A stretch of 63,548 bases of DNA, the filler included, from Perkinsus olseni (Eukaryota), in NCBI GenBank assembly GCA_013115125.1. It is 3 parts of 3 records of this genome, joined end to end, with 100 filler letters (N's around TTAATTAATTAA, not from the genome) between each part and the next. Parts side by side here need not be neighbours in the genome. Positions count along the whole stretch, not along the records: positions 42,464 to 63,548 come from JABANN010000561.1; 2 more parts are not named here. One strand, 5' to 3'. The position numbers and the translations under genes are program-made. Of the stretch, positions 46,864 through 59,760 are shown piece after piece. The notes beneath the pieces were generated by a model. The model saw only the letters and a program-made list of their open reading frames with translations, was not told the origin of the DNA and made no database searches. The first letter of the stretch is position 1; each line of letters opens with the position of its first letter.

Positions 46864-48969
46864 ATGCAGCAGATGACAGTAGTCCCCCGAGTGTCGGAGG
46901 CCGTCCTCAAGCCTAGTCAGCTGGCCTTCAAGATCACCCAGGCGGCGGCTGCGGGGAAGCAGGAGCTCCTTCGGGAGGACTTAGCAAGCGGCATCATCGA
47001 ACAGGTGAGGGCTGGGTGAGAGACCATCCAGCGTACGGAGCGATGGCAGATGTCCGAGAACTCCGGAAGGTGGTCGCCATCCCGCCTGTGCCCAGTGCTC
47101 TTCCAAGTCTCTCAAGTAGCCCCTGGTAGTACTCTGCTGCGGGATATGGTCATGGCTGCTCGACACGATCTAGAGAAGGTACGGTACTATAAGCCCGCTG
47201 AAATCGGCCGTAGTATGCAATGCGTCGCTGCGTAATCGCTCCCCTCAACTGGAGGGTATGCTTTTCTCTGTCGCACCGGTCGGGTCCCTTCTGGACTCCC
47301 TTGTCCTTCCATAGGCCCTGGACACGGCAGGGAGACGGACCTCCGGTGCTGCTGCTAAGGAACTGTCCGAGGTCGCTATGGTGATGCGTCGAATCCCATC
47401 CTCACCCGAAAATGAAGAGTAAGGGGGTGACAGCGTCTGCTCATCAGCCGTCTGAGCCCTCTCGTTCAGGGTGGAGCGGCGGCTGTGGTCTCTCGTTGGG
47501 AGCCACATACCGGGGGTTGGATCCGAAATGGAACTGCTGGATCTAGCTTATGTTGGGATAGCCCTACAGGATTGCCCGGACAAGTTGCGGACGTAACGCT
47601 AGGGGAAGGAGTCCGGGGCCCGGACTGCTCTTGGCCTGCTGCTCCGTGTTACTCGCATCCCGGGCACTGTGTTCTCGTCAGGGATAGCGTGAACTTAGCA
47701 TCGAAGTGGATAGCAGAGGAACTGAGTACGAGGTTTCTTGCCTCTTCACAAAGCGACCACCCCCTCAACACGAAAGGGGCTATCCTGGCGATAGGGGTGT
47801 AAGGTGGGGATCATTGATCTACCGTGGGAAGCTGAGGACAAGCATACTCCGGTCGCAACATTTGCCCGTCAGAATTGGAAGGAGCCTCCAACAGATCGAA
47901 GATCCGAGCCAGATCCTAGGGGCCTTACCCTTCCTCGTTGTGGACATCGCCACCAGGGTGCCTACCCTACAGGTCCCGAGCTCTGCACAACGTGCGAAAG
48001 AAGCAGACTACGTTGTTTTAGTCCCTCCTAGCGCTCAGTCGGTCCCTTGGTGAGTTCCCGCAACGAACAGCGCCTCAGACTGTAGCCGCACTGACCCCTA
48101 TAGTGAGCATACTGCAGAGAATGGCCAATCCCCAGATGTAACGTGGATGGGCTGGTCTTGTCGTCCTGGTTGAGGAACGGTCGTCCATCAGGATGTCGTC
48201 CCCGGGCGTAGTCTCGGATGCCTTGGAGGTGATAACTCTACTTGTACGGCACCACAAGAGAACCATGAAGGCCGAGCATCGTGATGCGGTGCGCAGTCTC
48301 TTGGAGAGGATGGGGCGAGAGGTTCGGTCGTGGCCGCCTACACCTCGTCAACTGCTGCTTCTGCTCTTCAGGTCCTATTGCCAGTGCATGCTCAGCATCC
48401 CTTCAACTTGCATCAAGTTCTTCTGGTATGTCGCGGTTACAGGGCCATGGACCTGCGGTTGCCAGCTTTGTCCAAGTTCATCAGGCTGGCAGTGAAAGTT
48501 GAGCACACCTCCAACAGGCTGGCTCTCGCTGAGGTAGCCCCACTGACTCGAGCCCGGTACCTGCTGCCTTACTGGCCAGGTTATGGAACATTGCGTGGCT
48601 CTCGGCTTCCACCAACCAACCACCGTAAGCTAGCCGCACTCTCTCCTCAGCACCTGTGTCACCTCAGTTCTTCGTTCCCATAGTAGACGCTGTCTCGAAG
48701 GAAAGGAAATATTCGAGGACGGGTAAAAAGCTTCGGGAAATGCTCCGGAAGATCGAGAAGGAGTCCACCAAGAGCCGTTCCTCCTTCCACGAGATTTCAT
48801 GAGCTTACTGGCAGCCTCGTTTCTGCGTGCGAGTGGGCGTTGCGTAGAGGTTCTTCTCATCCGGTTGGACTTGTTGTTACCCGTTGGGCTCGGTCCAAAG
48901 GCCATCTTCGCGATATCCCTGACGGCGGTCGTGGTCCCTGCAGGCTCTGTAGGGGGTCTGTGGCGCTAG
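46864..48969 (+). CDS. Hypothetical multi-exon alpha-helical protein
   Basis: Chain of GT-AG flanked exons (MQQMTVVPRVSEAVLKPSQLAFKI...; VSDALEVITLLVRHHKR...; RDFMSLLAASFLRASGRCVEVLLIRL...); family not recognised. Confidence 0.5.
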
Positions 48970-49147
48970 CTTCGAATATGTTACCTAGGGCGAGATTGCT
49001 CTTCCTGCGTGGAGACAGCTGTCGGCCTTGGACCAGTAGTCTGGGGTGTGGGGTCCCTTTCAACAACCTCGTCTCAGCAGGCTTCACGCAACTTCGAAGT
49101 TCCATTCTCTCGTGACTCTGCCTTCTAGTTACCAATTGTTGTTTCTG

Positions 49148-49730
49148 ATGTCAGCCGACATCGTGGTAGTAATTGTGATCTTCCTCACAGCACTAGGGGC
49201 CCTGCACCTCCTCTATAAGGCGGCCGTGATGACATTCCGCACTGCACTGGACCGACTGGAGAAGCGACTCGCCAAAGTGCAACAGGAGGCCAAGGCCTGC
49301 TCTGCTACGGCTGAGGGGCGCCAGGAAAAGGTCGTGGCTCAGATAAATGAGAGAATAGAGGTCAGTCTGCTCCTGATGATGCAGCCGACGGGAGCCGCTG
49401 CACTCAGGCGGTATCCAGTCAGCTGGCGACTCTCGAAAGCCAGCAGAGTGTCGTTCTGAGAGCCCTCACGCAAGTGCAGCAAGACCACAAGGCCTTCCAG
49501 AATGACAAGGCACAGATTATGATAGATTTGGTGGAGCAACGGAGTGGGGGGGGGCTCGGATACGCGGTTAGTGGCAGACATACTGCATGCTTGCGTCCTT
49601 AGGGACATTGCAGCAGTATGTTACTAGAATGAAGGAAGCACGGAAGCTGAAACGTAAAGATGCTGCTCCGGTTGATACAGAGGAGAGGCGAGGTGGGAAG
49701 GCGGATAGGTCCAATGACCGTTGCAAGTGA
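49148..49730 (+). CDS. N-terminally anchored coiled-coil protein, three exons
   Basis: MSADIVVVIVIFLTALGALHLLY, then coiled coil LDRLEKRLAKVQQE, ending TLQQYVTRMKEARKLKRK...RCK*. Confidence 0.55.
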
Positions 49731-50069
49731 GCTAAGGGTCATCATCATCGTGTTCAATAGAGCCTCGCCTCAGATGCCTTCAGATGGCCAGCCTTGGTCA
49801 GCTTTGCCCGTACTGTAAGAGTCTCGAGTCCGATAGCTCCAAGCCTGGCAACCGAGTTAAACAGGACCCGACCGGCCCTCCTCGGAGGATCCCGCCGCCG
49901 AAGCCCCAACAGTATGTCTGATGCCGCTTGGCGATGCGTAAAGCATGAGTGAATGTTTCATGTTCCCTGCTTTCATTCCGAGTTAAACTTTGCGCTTGAT
50001 CCCTCAAGTGCCAGTCGGTAGTTTTTCAAACTTGAAACCAGCCAGCCGAGGCTTGGTGCTGCGGCTGCC

Positions 50070-52833
50070 ATGGCTGAGCCGACTACCCAATCTTCCGCAA
50101 CTTCCATTCGAACCACCACCGGTGTTGACTCTTCGAGCAGCGATTCTGCAGCCCCAGATGATGATTCAATCGAGGGCATTATCCGTAGGAGGTCGATGGC
50201 ACGCTGGGGCCTCGGCAAGAACGTAAGGAGCCTCTTGCATGCAGACCTGCCGGTTCTCGTACTGCTCTCTCCCCTCCTAGTTGTACGTCCCGCTGTCGTC
50301 GGCCAACGAAGGGGCTGAGTCAGTTGGACTAGATGTTTCCAAGCACATGCTTGAGTCCTTGGTGCAGTGGAGGTCCAATATCGGAAGGGACAGGCCCCTC
50401 GGCATGAATGAGGAGCAGAAGGATGGGCTAGTCAGCCTGCTTAGTAATAAGGGCTTCAAGATTCGATATGCTATCCGCATGGACTGAATCTGCTCTACGT
50501 CAGGCTTTGATTTCAGCTTCATCGTTTTTCGTTCATCATGTTCGTCTTGTGGTCTATCTTTGCTATCCTTGCCTCTCCTCAGCCTCGCTCATCTCCCTCC
50601 ACCGCTCCCTGGCGGCGAGGCTACGGGCGTCTTCTGCATCAATAGATGCTCAGTTCTTTTGCTGTGATTCCCCAGACTCCGCCAGGGACTCTCAACCGTT
50701 GACAGTCCTCGCTCCTGAAGGCATAGTAGGTTGATGATACTGCCGCACCGTCGTCAAGCGTTGATGCTGTTTCCGCTCAGACGGCCCTTCTGCTGGGAGG
50801 CGATGAGCCGTACATGGAGCCTCGCTCTCCGATAGCCACAGTGAGCTACTTCGACAGCTCCCAAAGGAGTCAGGCCTTAGAGAGCATCGGCTACGGCCCT
50901 TATCCTAGTACTACTGCTGCAGAGGGTGGTGGGGACGTCGAGGACAGCAGTAGGGCGCCGGAAGCATGTCTCATTTGTACTTTATCGAGGGTCGCATGTA
51001 GATGAGGGTGCACCGGTAAACACCTCGGCAGCAAGCTCTACGACCATTGAAGAGCTCTGGGATAAGGTACAGGGCCCGAGCTATCATGCCCGGCACGCAG
51101 CCACCTCTCGCTTGCCCTGTCAGGTCCTCCACGACACGCTGTATTTGGATATTGTGGGGGCAACTAACGCCTGTAACAGCCTTATGGTCCATCCCAATGC
51201 TGACGATTATCAAGTTGCTCTGAGCAATCGGATGGGGTTGGTCCTTACCGCAGTCACCAGCGTTACTTTGGAAGGGTGAGCATTGGGGACCAGGGTGTAT
51301 CATGGACAGGCGTGCACCCGTCTGCCTCAGGGTTACCTGCGTGCAAGGCCGCAGTGGTAGCATCTCAATCTCGGAATTTTCTCTCAATACCACCTCTGTG
51401 GAGCCTGGCGCCCCTCAGTATGTGCCGCTTTCTCCGCCATTCTTAAATCTCCCATGTGCTTAGAATCAACAGTGAGTATCTCAAGATTGCCCTGACGTCC
51501 TGCGAGGCGGCCACAGCGGCCCTGGAGAACATCGCTAGTCGTGCAAGAGGTTATCTATACCGCATAGGGGACATTCTACTAGCGGCCCAAGTGCTTACCC
51601 ATGTACGGCCTTTTCGGGTCGAGTTCTCTTCTCACTTCTCATGGTCATAGGTCGTCAAAGCTGGCGTTGCCGGAGCTTCCAATTCGGCTGACACGCACGC
51701 AATTTCTGAGCAGTTCAAGATGGACTTGGATGCCTCCCTCTCACGGACTGAGAAAATCGTCGACGGTGCAGCAGGAGGAGGAAAGACTCCAAGTCAGTCG
51801 GTCAGGCACTCTGAGGTGTCGCACTACGGCTCTGCGGCAGGTCCCTCGATTCTGTACAGACTCGCCATGGCCTTGCGGTATCTGTGGGTTGGCCGAGTCC
51901 ACGAGCTGTTGGAGTCCTCCTTGCAGAGCGCATTGTCTACGGGCTTGCTAGACAGTCTACTTGTGTGCGGTGGAGGGGACTCGCATGCAGCCGTTTTCGC
52001 TGATATTATCAAAAAGTGGGTCTGGCCTAGTTAGTGATTAGTGGTCACCCGCCCACTTCCTAGGTATACCGAGGCAACCCATGGCGACATTCAGTCGGTC
52101 GCTCTCATTTTCTGTCACGTACCGTTATTAGCCTCCTCAGCACACACGAGATCCCTGTCCGACGGGATTGTCAACCAGTAAGAACCGCTCCCTCGTTTCC
52201 TCGTGTTCACCCCTTGCTTTTTGAGGTACTTCTCTATGCTCAACCGGTGGCGACTGTGGTCTTTGCGGTCCGAGCTAGAGCAATACCGACAGCTCAATTC
52301 TCCTACAGGATACGCACCTGCTCAACAGATAGTATGTTGTTATTATTGTGGAGGCAACCTCACAGGTAATTCAGAGAAGCACATGACCGTACGATGATAA
52401 TCCGTACATGGGCCTCACAGTACGTCGACGTTACACATGATAATCTCTTATCAGGTCAACCCTCCAGAGGTCAGCAGGGCATGTCTTCTCTGATCATGGA
52501 CAATACTCGGGATCCATTCACTTGGAGGTGTCCTTACGCGAGGTGCCACAAGCCAGTTCCTAATTGCGCCCTTTGTTTAATGCCGATAACCATTGTTAAT
52601 CAAGGTGCAAGGAAACGGTAAGGTAGCCGAGACTCTCGCTGCCTCCAGTCCTTCCTCGCAGGAATGCCGCTCATCGACTTCCGCTAAACGAGTGGGTAAC
52701 GTGGTGCAGTACATGCCATCACGGAGGTCATCTCAAGCACGTTACAGAGTGGTTTGCGCATCACGACGAGTGTCCAGTGGCTGGATGTGGCTGTTGTTGC
52801 AACTCGATCGACGCGCACGATTCTGATGGATAG
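50070..52833 (+). CDS. MIOS: GATOR2/SEA subunit MIOS/Sea4-like protein (solenoid + zinc finger/RING), multi-exon
   Basis: IEGIIRRRSMARWGL; GDIQSVAL; YFSMLNRWRLWSLRSE; CYYCG; CPYARCHKPVPNCALCL; WCSTCHHGGHLKHVTEWFAHHDECPVAGCGCCC. Confidence 0.85.
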
Positions 52834-53169
52834 TTCCTGTACATTGCTGAATACGAGCCCGACGTTGCGTTGGGTTTGCCAAGGCAGTCGTCTCTCGCTC
52901 GTTTCCGTTCGTCTTGGATAATTCCTTGCTCAGGAGTCGCAGGAATCCTCATGTGGTCTATTGTGCGTACAAATTCGAAAAATGGCGATATTAGGATGAA
53001 TTTTGAGTCCCAATCTCCATAATTCCCACTATGAAATGCTCTTATAGTATGAAGACAAATATATACTAGTAAACACGAATCGATCGCCGTTCCATTACAT
53101 CATGGCCATTAAGGTTTTGAATTCCAATCACACATATGGAGCAGAAACAGGGGCTCACCGACGATGAGC

Positions 53170-53760
53170 GTGCGCAGGTGGTGCGCATGCTCGCATAGGG
53201 GAATACGACATATCAAGTTGGCCTGAAAAAGGCTGATTCCCCCAGAGGGAGGCTGTAGCGAAAATGACTCACCCAAGACGCAGCTGCCTCCTGCCGAGAC
53301 ACCCCTCTTGCCACGAATGCGAGTAGAGCCGCCCCGGCTCCACTCTGCGAGAGGTCACCCGGCTCAGCCGGGTGATCGACCTCCGGAAGGACTGTTGGTA
53401 AAGAAGGTTCAAGTCGCCAAGTGTATCTGAATAGGACCAACGCCTAGTCAGTCATGAGAAACTATCCTTACGGATCCGCTCGTGCCGAACCCGAGGCTAC
53501 CTCGTCTCATCTCCGACCCAGCAGGTCATATCATTCACGAGCGCTCGCGTGCCATGGCGAGCAAATACGAGAACGCGCTCCTAGCTGCTACAGTAGAGAG
53601 TGATCCGAGAAGACTCAGTGCTGCTGCCTTTATTAGGAGCTAAGTGGGATAAGCTACTACCAAACTAGAGGAATATTCCTTACTAGAATGTAGGATAACT
53701 ACTCAGTTTACGGACACAACACAACGACGTAGTATCAACAAGGCACCTAGCGTCATCATA
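53170..53760 (-). pseudogene. Histidine acid phosphatase paralog relic (5' part only)
   Basis: ERVLVFARHGTRALVNDMTCWVGDETR exon, followed by frameshifted, truncated homologous sequence. Confidence 0.7.
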
Positions 53761-54909
53761 GCTAAGCTGAGCCTAGCCCAAGGTCTTGGGCTCCTCGCGG
53801 ATGGGAACAAAGAGATGTTGAAGTGTGGGATTGAAACGCAAACGCTCTCGCAAGCGAGCGTCGGTACATGGCTGGGAGCACGGCTGTCAAGCCGGTACTG
53901 CTGTAATGGAGTATTCATGATCTCTCTAGTGGCTTGGTAACTCCCATCTTCATGTTTCTTTCTCCATCAAACCCGCTTCATTCATAACGGAATAGTGGCA
54001 TCCGTCGAGGCTATCGACGGAAGACTCCACCGGGTTAGTGCAATGAATCTTATTCACTCTGAACCTGGTGACAATGTGACCGTCGAAGAGTCCATGTGAT
54101 GTGTGAAGTGGACTCTGCTGGTCCTCTACTCCATTACGGCGGCTCTTGCTCGTCATGTTTCAGCGGCAAAGCAGGTGGGCCAAGTCCGCGAGCTGCACCC
54201 TCGGGCTCGCTAGGAGCGGTTGGGAAGATGTGAGCGGTCAAACAGTCCTGAACACCTCAAGAGTGTCGGACAGACAGTGGCCGAGGGGGCTGCTTACATA
54301 AAGCGGTTGTAGCTAATAAGATGCGTCACTTTTCCCATTAATTCGCACGGTTGTTTTCCGTCCAAGTCTCATTTCGTCCACCGAACTTTTTAATTGGGCA
54401 TCGCGAAGTCGCTCCACGGCCTCGAAGAATCTGCATCATCAACGAAAAACCGGTCTCATGATGAGACTCTCATCACATTCCTTCTCCAAGAGGGTTGACC
54501 CTCAGTAAAACTCGACTGTTTTCTTAAGCAGCAGAAGCCTGGGCAGTATTAAGTGGGAGAGAGTCAGGGCTGGTGAAAGTTATTTTCGCGTGACTAGCAG
54601 CCGCAGAGGCTTCCCAGTGAGAGGTTCCCCCTCAGAAAGGTTCTATGCGAACTTTGTCGGTTCATTCGGTGACTCCGTCCCGGGAACAAGACTCGAGGAT
54701 TCCATGAGCGTCCTGAGGACGGAAAATGACTCCAATAGCTTATTGTGTATCTTGTAAAAACTCATAAGTTAACTAATACGGTATTAGTAATACCTATTGA
54801 CTATAGCCGTTTCAGGAGGCGAAAGGGTCTTCGAAGCACAGCTTGTGGGTTATACGATAGAAAGAGCGAAAAAAAGAGGGAGTGCTGAGTCAGCACTGCT
54901 AACCATCGT

Positions 54910-57023
54910 TCATTCATATTTAATCTTGGTACCCCTGCACTCGCGCTCGCTCGGCACTAGACTCTTAAGAAACTGGACGATCGCCTCGTAGCTGCAGAGG
55001 GCCCTGATAAGTATGGAAGGGGATATGACATCAATGAACGAGAAGGCTGTCCTTCCCTCTGTTCAATAAGCAGATGTAACGAGAGCAACTCACTTGCCGC
55101 TGCATTCTTTGATGTTCTCTACGGATGCCACTCTGCCGTTATAAATGAAACGGACCTTCTTGTCGGTGTAAATCTCCATCATCAGCATAGCGCCGAATGG
55201 AGGCAAGATGCTAGCACATCGATTACCAGAATCCATCCCTGATAATAGGGGGGTACAAAGATCACACCGACGCATCACATCCTCCTACAGGTCAACTGGA
55301 GTGGGTCTATAACAGAGTTGGCCGGACCAAAATCGTGACCCATGTACACCGATAAACGTCGCCTGTCTTCCTTCAAATCTTCCAGTAAATCCTGAGGAGA
55401 CGTGCACCATACAGAAGGCCTTACATCCCGTCAGAGGATCAGGCAGCTGGTCAACCCGCTGACCGGGTCAGCCTGACCCGAACACTCCGCGGCCTACTTC
55501 AATGAATGGTCCGTACGCAAGTCTCCGCAGCTTACTGGAGGTACTATAACGGTTGTTCACCCAGTACCTAATGATGGCACAGCAAGAGAACTCGAGGCTA
55601 AGCGCGTAATTGTCCTACGCAGCCTCCCTCTGGATACTCCTCATGAGACCCTCGTCAAATTCTGGGGGTACAGCCTTCGGCGAGCTGGGAACGGTTGGGC
55701 ATGCGTGAGCCACCCAACATTCCTGAAGATTGATGCAGCGTGGCGATCACAGTAGGATCGATAAGCGCCTTACAGTTGGAAAAGTATAAAGGTTATACAT
55801 TTGTTTTGGGTCATCGGTACGATAGATTGGAGAATAACCAGTAGTTTTCCCGATAATTTCACGGAGGCTGGACCCCCACTCTGCACGCTCCTTAGCCTCT
55901 GCAGACTCATAGAACTCATCGAGAGCTTCCTCTAGACCAGGGCACACCTGAGAAGTGACAAGTAATAGCCGCCCGAAAGAACGAAGGAGTACAAGCTACA
56001 GATGTTGAGCTGAGTCGAAGTGAACATCACGCTTTTTCGATCGACACTCACCGTGTCGCTGGGTTTCATACTATCGCTTCTTTCGTCAACGACGGTGATG
56101 TCCATCACGTCAGCTGGATCCTCTGAAATCGTACGAATGGACTACCACGGCCGAAGACAACTTGCAAATATCTGATACATCTCACCATTCGTGAGCTCCG
56201 GGAACATCCCCCAGGCGAAAGCCGCAGCGCTTTCGTATACCCGCGGGACATCAGTCGAGCGGAACATCACCTTGGGCTCCTTCGGGATCTAATAGAAGGA
56301 GTCCGCATCACGGCCAGGCGCAATACAAAAACGGGAAGTAGACAAGGAATGACCGTTGTAGGAGACGTACATGAGCCAAATCCAAGGCAGTACCATAAAT
56401 ATCGCGGAGCTGCATTCCAGTATTCAGGAGCATCTGAACCCCCGACTCGGTAAGTTGACCTGAGAAAGACCGATAATCGGTCACCGATTGCCCCAGGGAA
56501 GGGTGCGGCAAGAGGGACTGACCCGCTAAACAGCTGTCTCCTGCCAACACGCCCCTTTTGCCGCGAACGCGATTGAAGCTGGGCGAGCGGCGTCCGGAAC
56601 GACTGTTGACGAAGCCAAAGAAGCTCTCGATCTCACAAGTGTAACTGAACAAGACCATAGGTCCTTGGAAGGGACCAGTCAGCAACGAGAAGCGGGCCCC
56701 ATGCACCTGTTTGTGCACTGAGCCGACAGCTACCTTAGCTCAGATCCGGGCCAGCAGGGATAGTTGAACGCGAGCGTTCGAGCGCCATGACGCCCAAATA
56801 CAGCAACCCGTGCCTGGGAAGGAGGAAGGTGAAATGCAGAGAGATGAGCCAAAAGGGGCGGCCTTGCCAGTTGAGCTCCAGAGTCGTCCTGCCGTGGCGG
56901 AGGATCGTCCCACTTCATTGCGGAGTTGCAAGTGTAGGCAGCTTTATCTTCGGGGAACAGCTGCGCTTGTGCTCCGCCGAGGGCCATCAATGCGCCAAGG
57001 AAGGTGGGTACGAGGATTCTCAT
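54910..57023 (-). CDS. Secreted/lysosomal histidine acid phosphatase (branch 2), multi-exon
   Basis: Signal peptide MRILVPTFLGALMALGGAQA; RHGART; GQLTESG; FRSTDVPRVYESA; YMGHD; PPFGAMLMMEIY..VRFIYNG; stop at 54910-54912. Confidence 0.9.
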
Positions 57024-58779
57024 TGGGAGTAGATGAGGTCTGAAGCGGGGGAGGAACCCGGGGCAACCGAGACACCGACAAAGTGATGCTGAGTACAGCA
57101 AGCTCTAAGCGCTAGGCATTGTCGGGGGCGGAGGGGGGGGGGGGTCGTAGGAGCACTAACGATAGTATGACCAGTCCGCGATTGACGGACAGGATAGGCC
57201 GGAAAGAGTCAATATATGAAAAGGGGCAACTTACGAGAATAGCTAACTCGTGAAGATCGATCAACTTCATATGTGTACGCATAAGCATTAACGCGCCGAA
57301 CCTGGGCGGCTCTGCTAACAACTCTAACAGGCATATGATTGAAGCGATAGTAGCCGTTGAATCAAACTCGAGCTAACTAACGATATGATAAGTATGGACT
57401 AGGAAAGGTGTGGTGATAAGCTAATCTCATCTACCTTAGCGAGTGGACTTAAGCACGAAGGTTGTACGCATACTCACATTCTTAGGTGGACCGTGGTGAC
57501 GGCGTCACCGTGACGCTCCAGGTCTAGAAGACATTGTCTTCATGTGAAAAATCCGGGAAGGTCAGGAACCTTCATAATAGACTCGTACAACAGACCGACA
57601 GGCACGCGTCACAGCGAGGCCGTGTGGTGAGCTTTATATTCCTTCGCTCCGCTCATATTGGTGTAATGGTCAATGCCCTGCCTTTGGGTGAGCGACGTGA
57701 GGGGCTGAGTTGATCGGGTGCGAGGTTCTCGCTGAGAGCCAATAAGTGCGTCTTCATCATATTTCCTCCATGACTTCCCATTTGCGTTCCCCCAGTGCAA
57801 TAGAGAACCACCATTACATGACTCCGATGCGGGAGCTTGAGGCTCTACTGTTGAATTGGGTGGGGACACACGTGTCCCACACAAGTTACGTTGGGACACG
57901 CGGACCGCGTGACGTGGGCGGCGGCTCGCGTGAGGTGCTCCAAGAGCTGCCTCCTCGCGGCGATATTGGTATTGAAGGTGAATATCTAGAGCGAGTCTCT
58001 TCGACGGACTTTTTGGGCTGACCCTCCGGAATTGAAGTCTGCTTATATTACCTTCTGGGGTTTCGCTCACTCAGGGAGTTGGGCTCTATTCTTCGCCGTA
58101 TTGGTCTCGAGCTTCGCGTGATAACGGAGCATCTAGTGTTGACGGTGAAGCATTTGATCCTCCCCACAGCGAACGGCCCCGTCAGAATACACGTTCACGA
58201 CGGTTTGATGTGAAGCCGATGGTGTGCCCTCCCATTTTACATTCTGGTCTTGGAGCTCGTGGTGGTGATTACGAAGTTATTCGCAAAGATGCGAGTCGTA
58301 TTCGTGGGGACGCTGATGCCATGGCGATTGCTGATAGATCCTCACCGTGGTATTGCGGATGAGGGACCCTTCTCTGTGTGGCCTGGTTGCCTGCACTGGA
58401 ACGCCAGGAAGGACGGGATCTCAGGTGACTCTGTTGCCCTCCATTATTGACAATAATTTATTGTGTCGTGGCTGGTGTTGGTGACGCTCTGCTTTCTTAA
58501 GTGCAACCCCGTGCCCCGGGTCTTGGTTCGAGTTTTTGCCCTTCTTGATGGAGGCGATACGTATAATACGTAAGGTATTCTTGGCTACATCCGAGGGAAT
58601 ACTGCTGTTTTGTCATCGGAGGTGTTACGGTGGAACTCTAAGGAGGGGCCCTGCTTGGCAGGCGTTCGCTACTTTTGAGCAAGGCAGCTCTGAGTGTGTC
58701 TTTCATCTCTTGCACATGTACGAGAGTGGTATGATCGATCTCGAGAGGCTCTTTAATCTCCCCATTCCTGACTATAAGA

Positions 58780-59060
58780 TCCCTCAAGAGGCATATATCC
58801 AGAGGACCTCCAGTGACGGAATACTCCCGTGGCGAGGGTTTCAGTGCTTTCGTATACTCGCCGGACATCAGTTGGACGGAACATCACCTCGGTCACCCGG
58901 TTGGGTATCTCATCGAACAACTCACCAAGAACACAGTTCTCTCCAGGCAACACACCCTTCTTGTCGCGAACATGAGAAAAACTGGGAGAGCGACCCCCGA
59001 TAGCCACCACCGACCACGGCCGAGACTCGCGACCGTTGTTCGTCTTGACCCCGGTCACCG
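58780..59060 (-). pseudogene. Acid phosphatase fragment, internally deleted and without introns
   Basis: GGRSPSFSHVRDKKGVLPGENCVLGELFDEIPNRVTEVMFRPTDVRRVYESTETLATGVF joins two non-adjacent exons of the paralogs. Confidence 0.7.
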
Positions 59061-59218
59061 GGTCCCGGTGAGCCCCGGAAGTGTAAGAGGCTGGTGAGGT
59101 ACACTCATATCTCGATGGACTACAAAGCTTCTCGGCAGATCGTTGAGCTGAGCCGGAGCCTTATGAAGACCTCCTATTGAAGACATCAAAGAGAATTATG
59201 ATGGAATTATGAGAAATA

Positions 59219-59339
59219 TTCCATAGCATGACGAGGAACGCACGTGTTTGCTGGGACGAACGTACGTATAACGAGCAAAGGCGCACAAAGAGCAAGGTGG
59301 GTACGTAGCAGCAATGAAGGTAGTTGTCACTACAGTGCA
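59219..59339. repeat. ~120-bp dispersed repeat, copy 2
   Basis: Matches 40825-40945. Confidence 0.85.
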
Positions 59340-59760
59340 CAAGCCTGGACTAGCACGCGTAAGATCCGACAAAAGCGTGACCTGTCCCGGTGCATTCGAC
59401 CGCCTAGTTTGAAGCGGTTTCGGTATGAGACGGTTTCTACGCATACTTGGTGGAGACTGCGGAGAGTCTGCATCACTCGTACGCTATCGTGTGCTGACTA
59501 CGATGTATGTCGTCTAACTGTATGAACCCCCTCTCACTCGGCGCTTGAGACTGCGTGAACTCAAAATCCGACTGTAGTTTAAATAAGTGAGTAGAACTCA
59601 TCGACTCATCGAGGAGCTCTAACATAGATCAACAGCTCAGATAACTCTGTACGTTCATATTTACGAGTGACAGTGAGCATTCCGCGTAGATGCGGACTCT
59701 GAAGTGCTGCTTCATCGGACTTCCGCAATACTAGTTGTTATCTTCTGCACGAATCAACGC

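Noticed and set aside
57600-58450. Stop-interrupted ORFs between phosphatase genes
   Set aside because: Possibly decayed transposon sequence, but no diagnostic motif.
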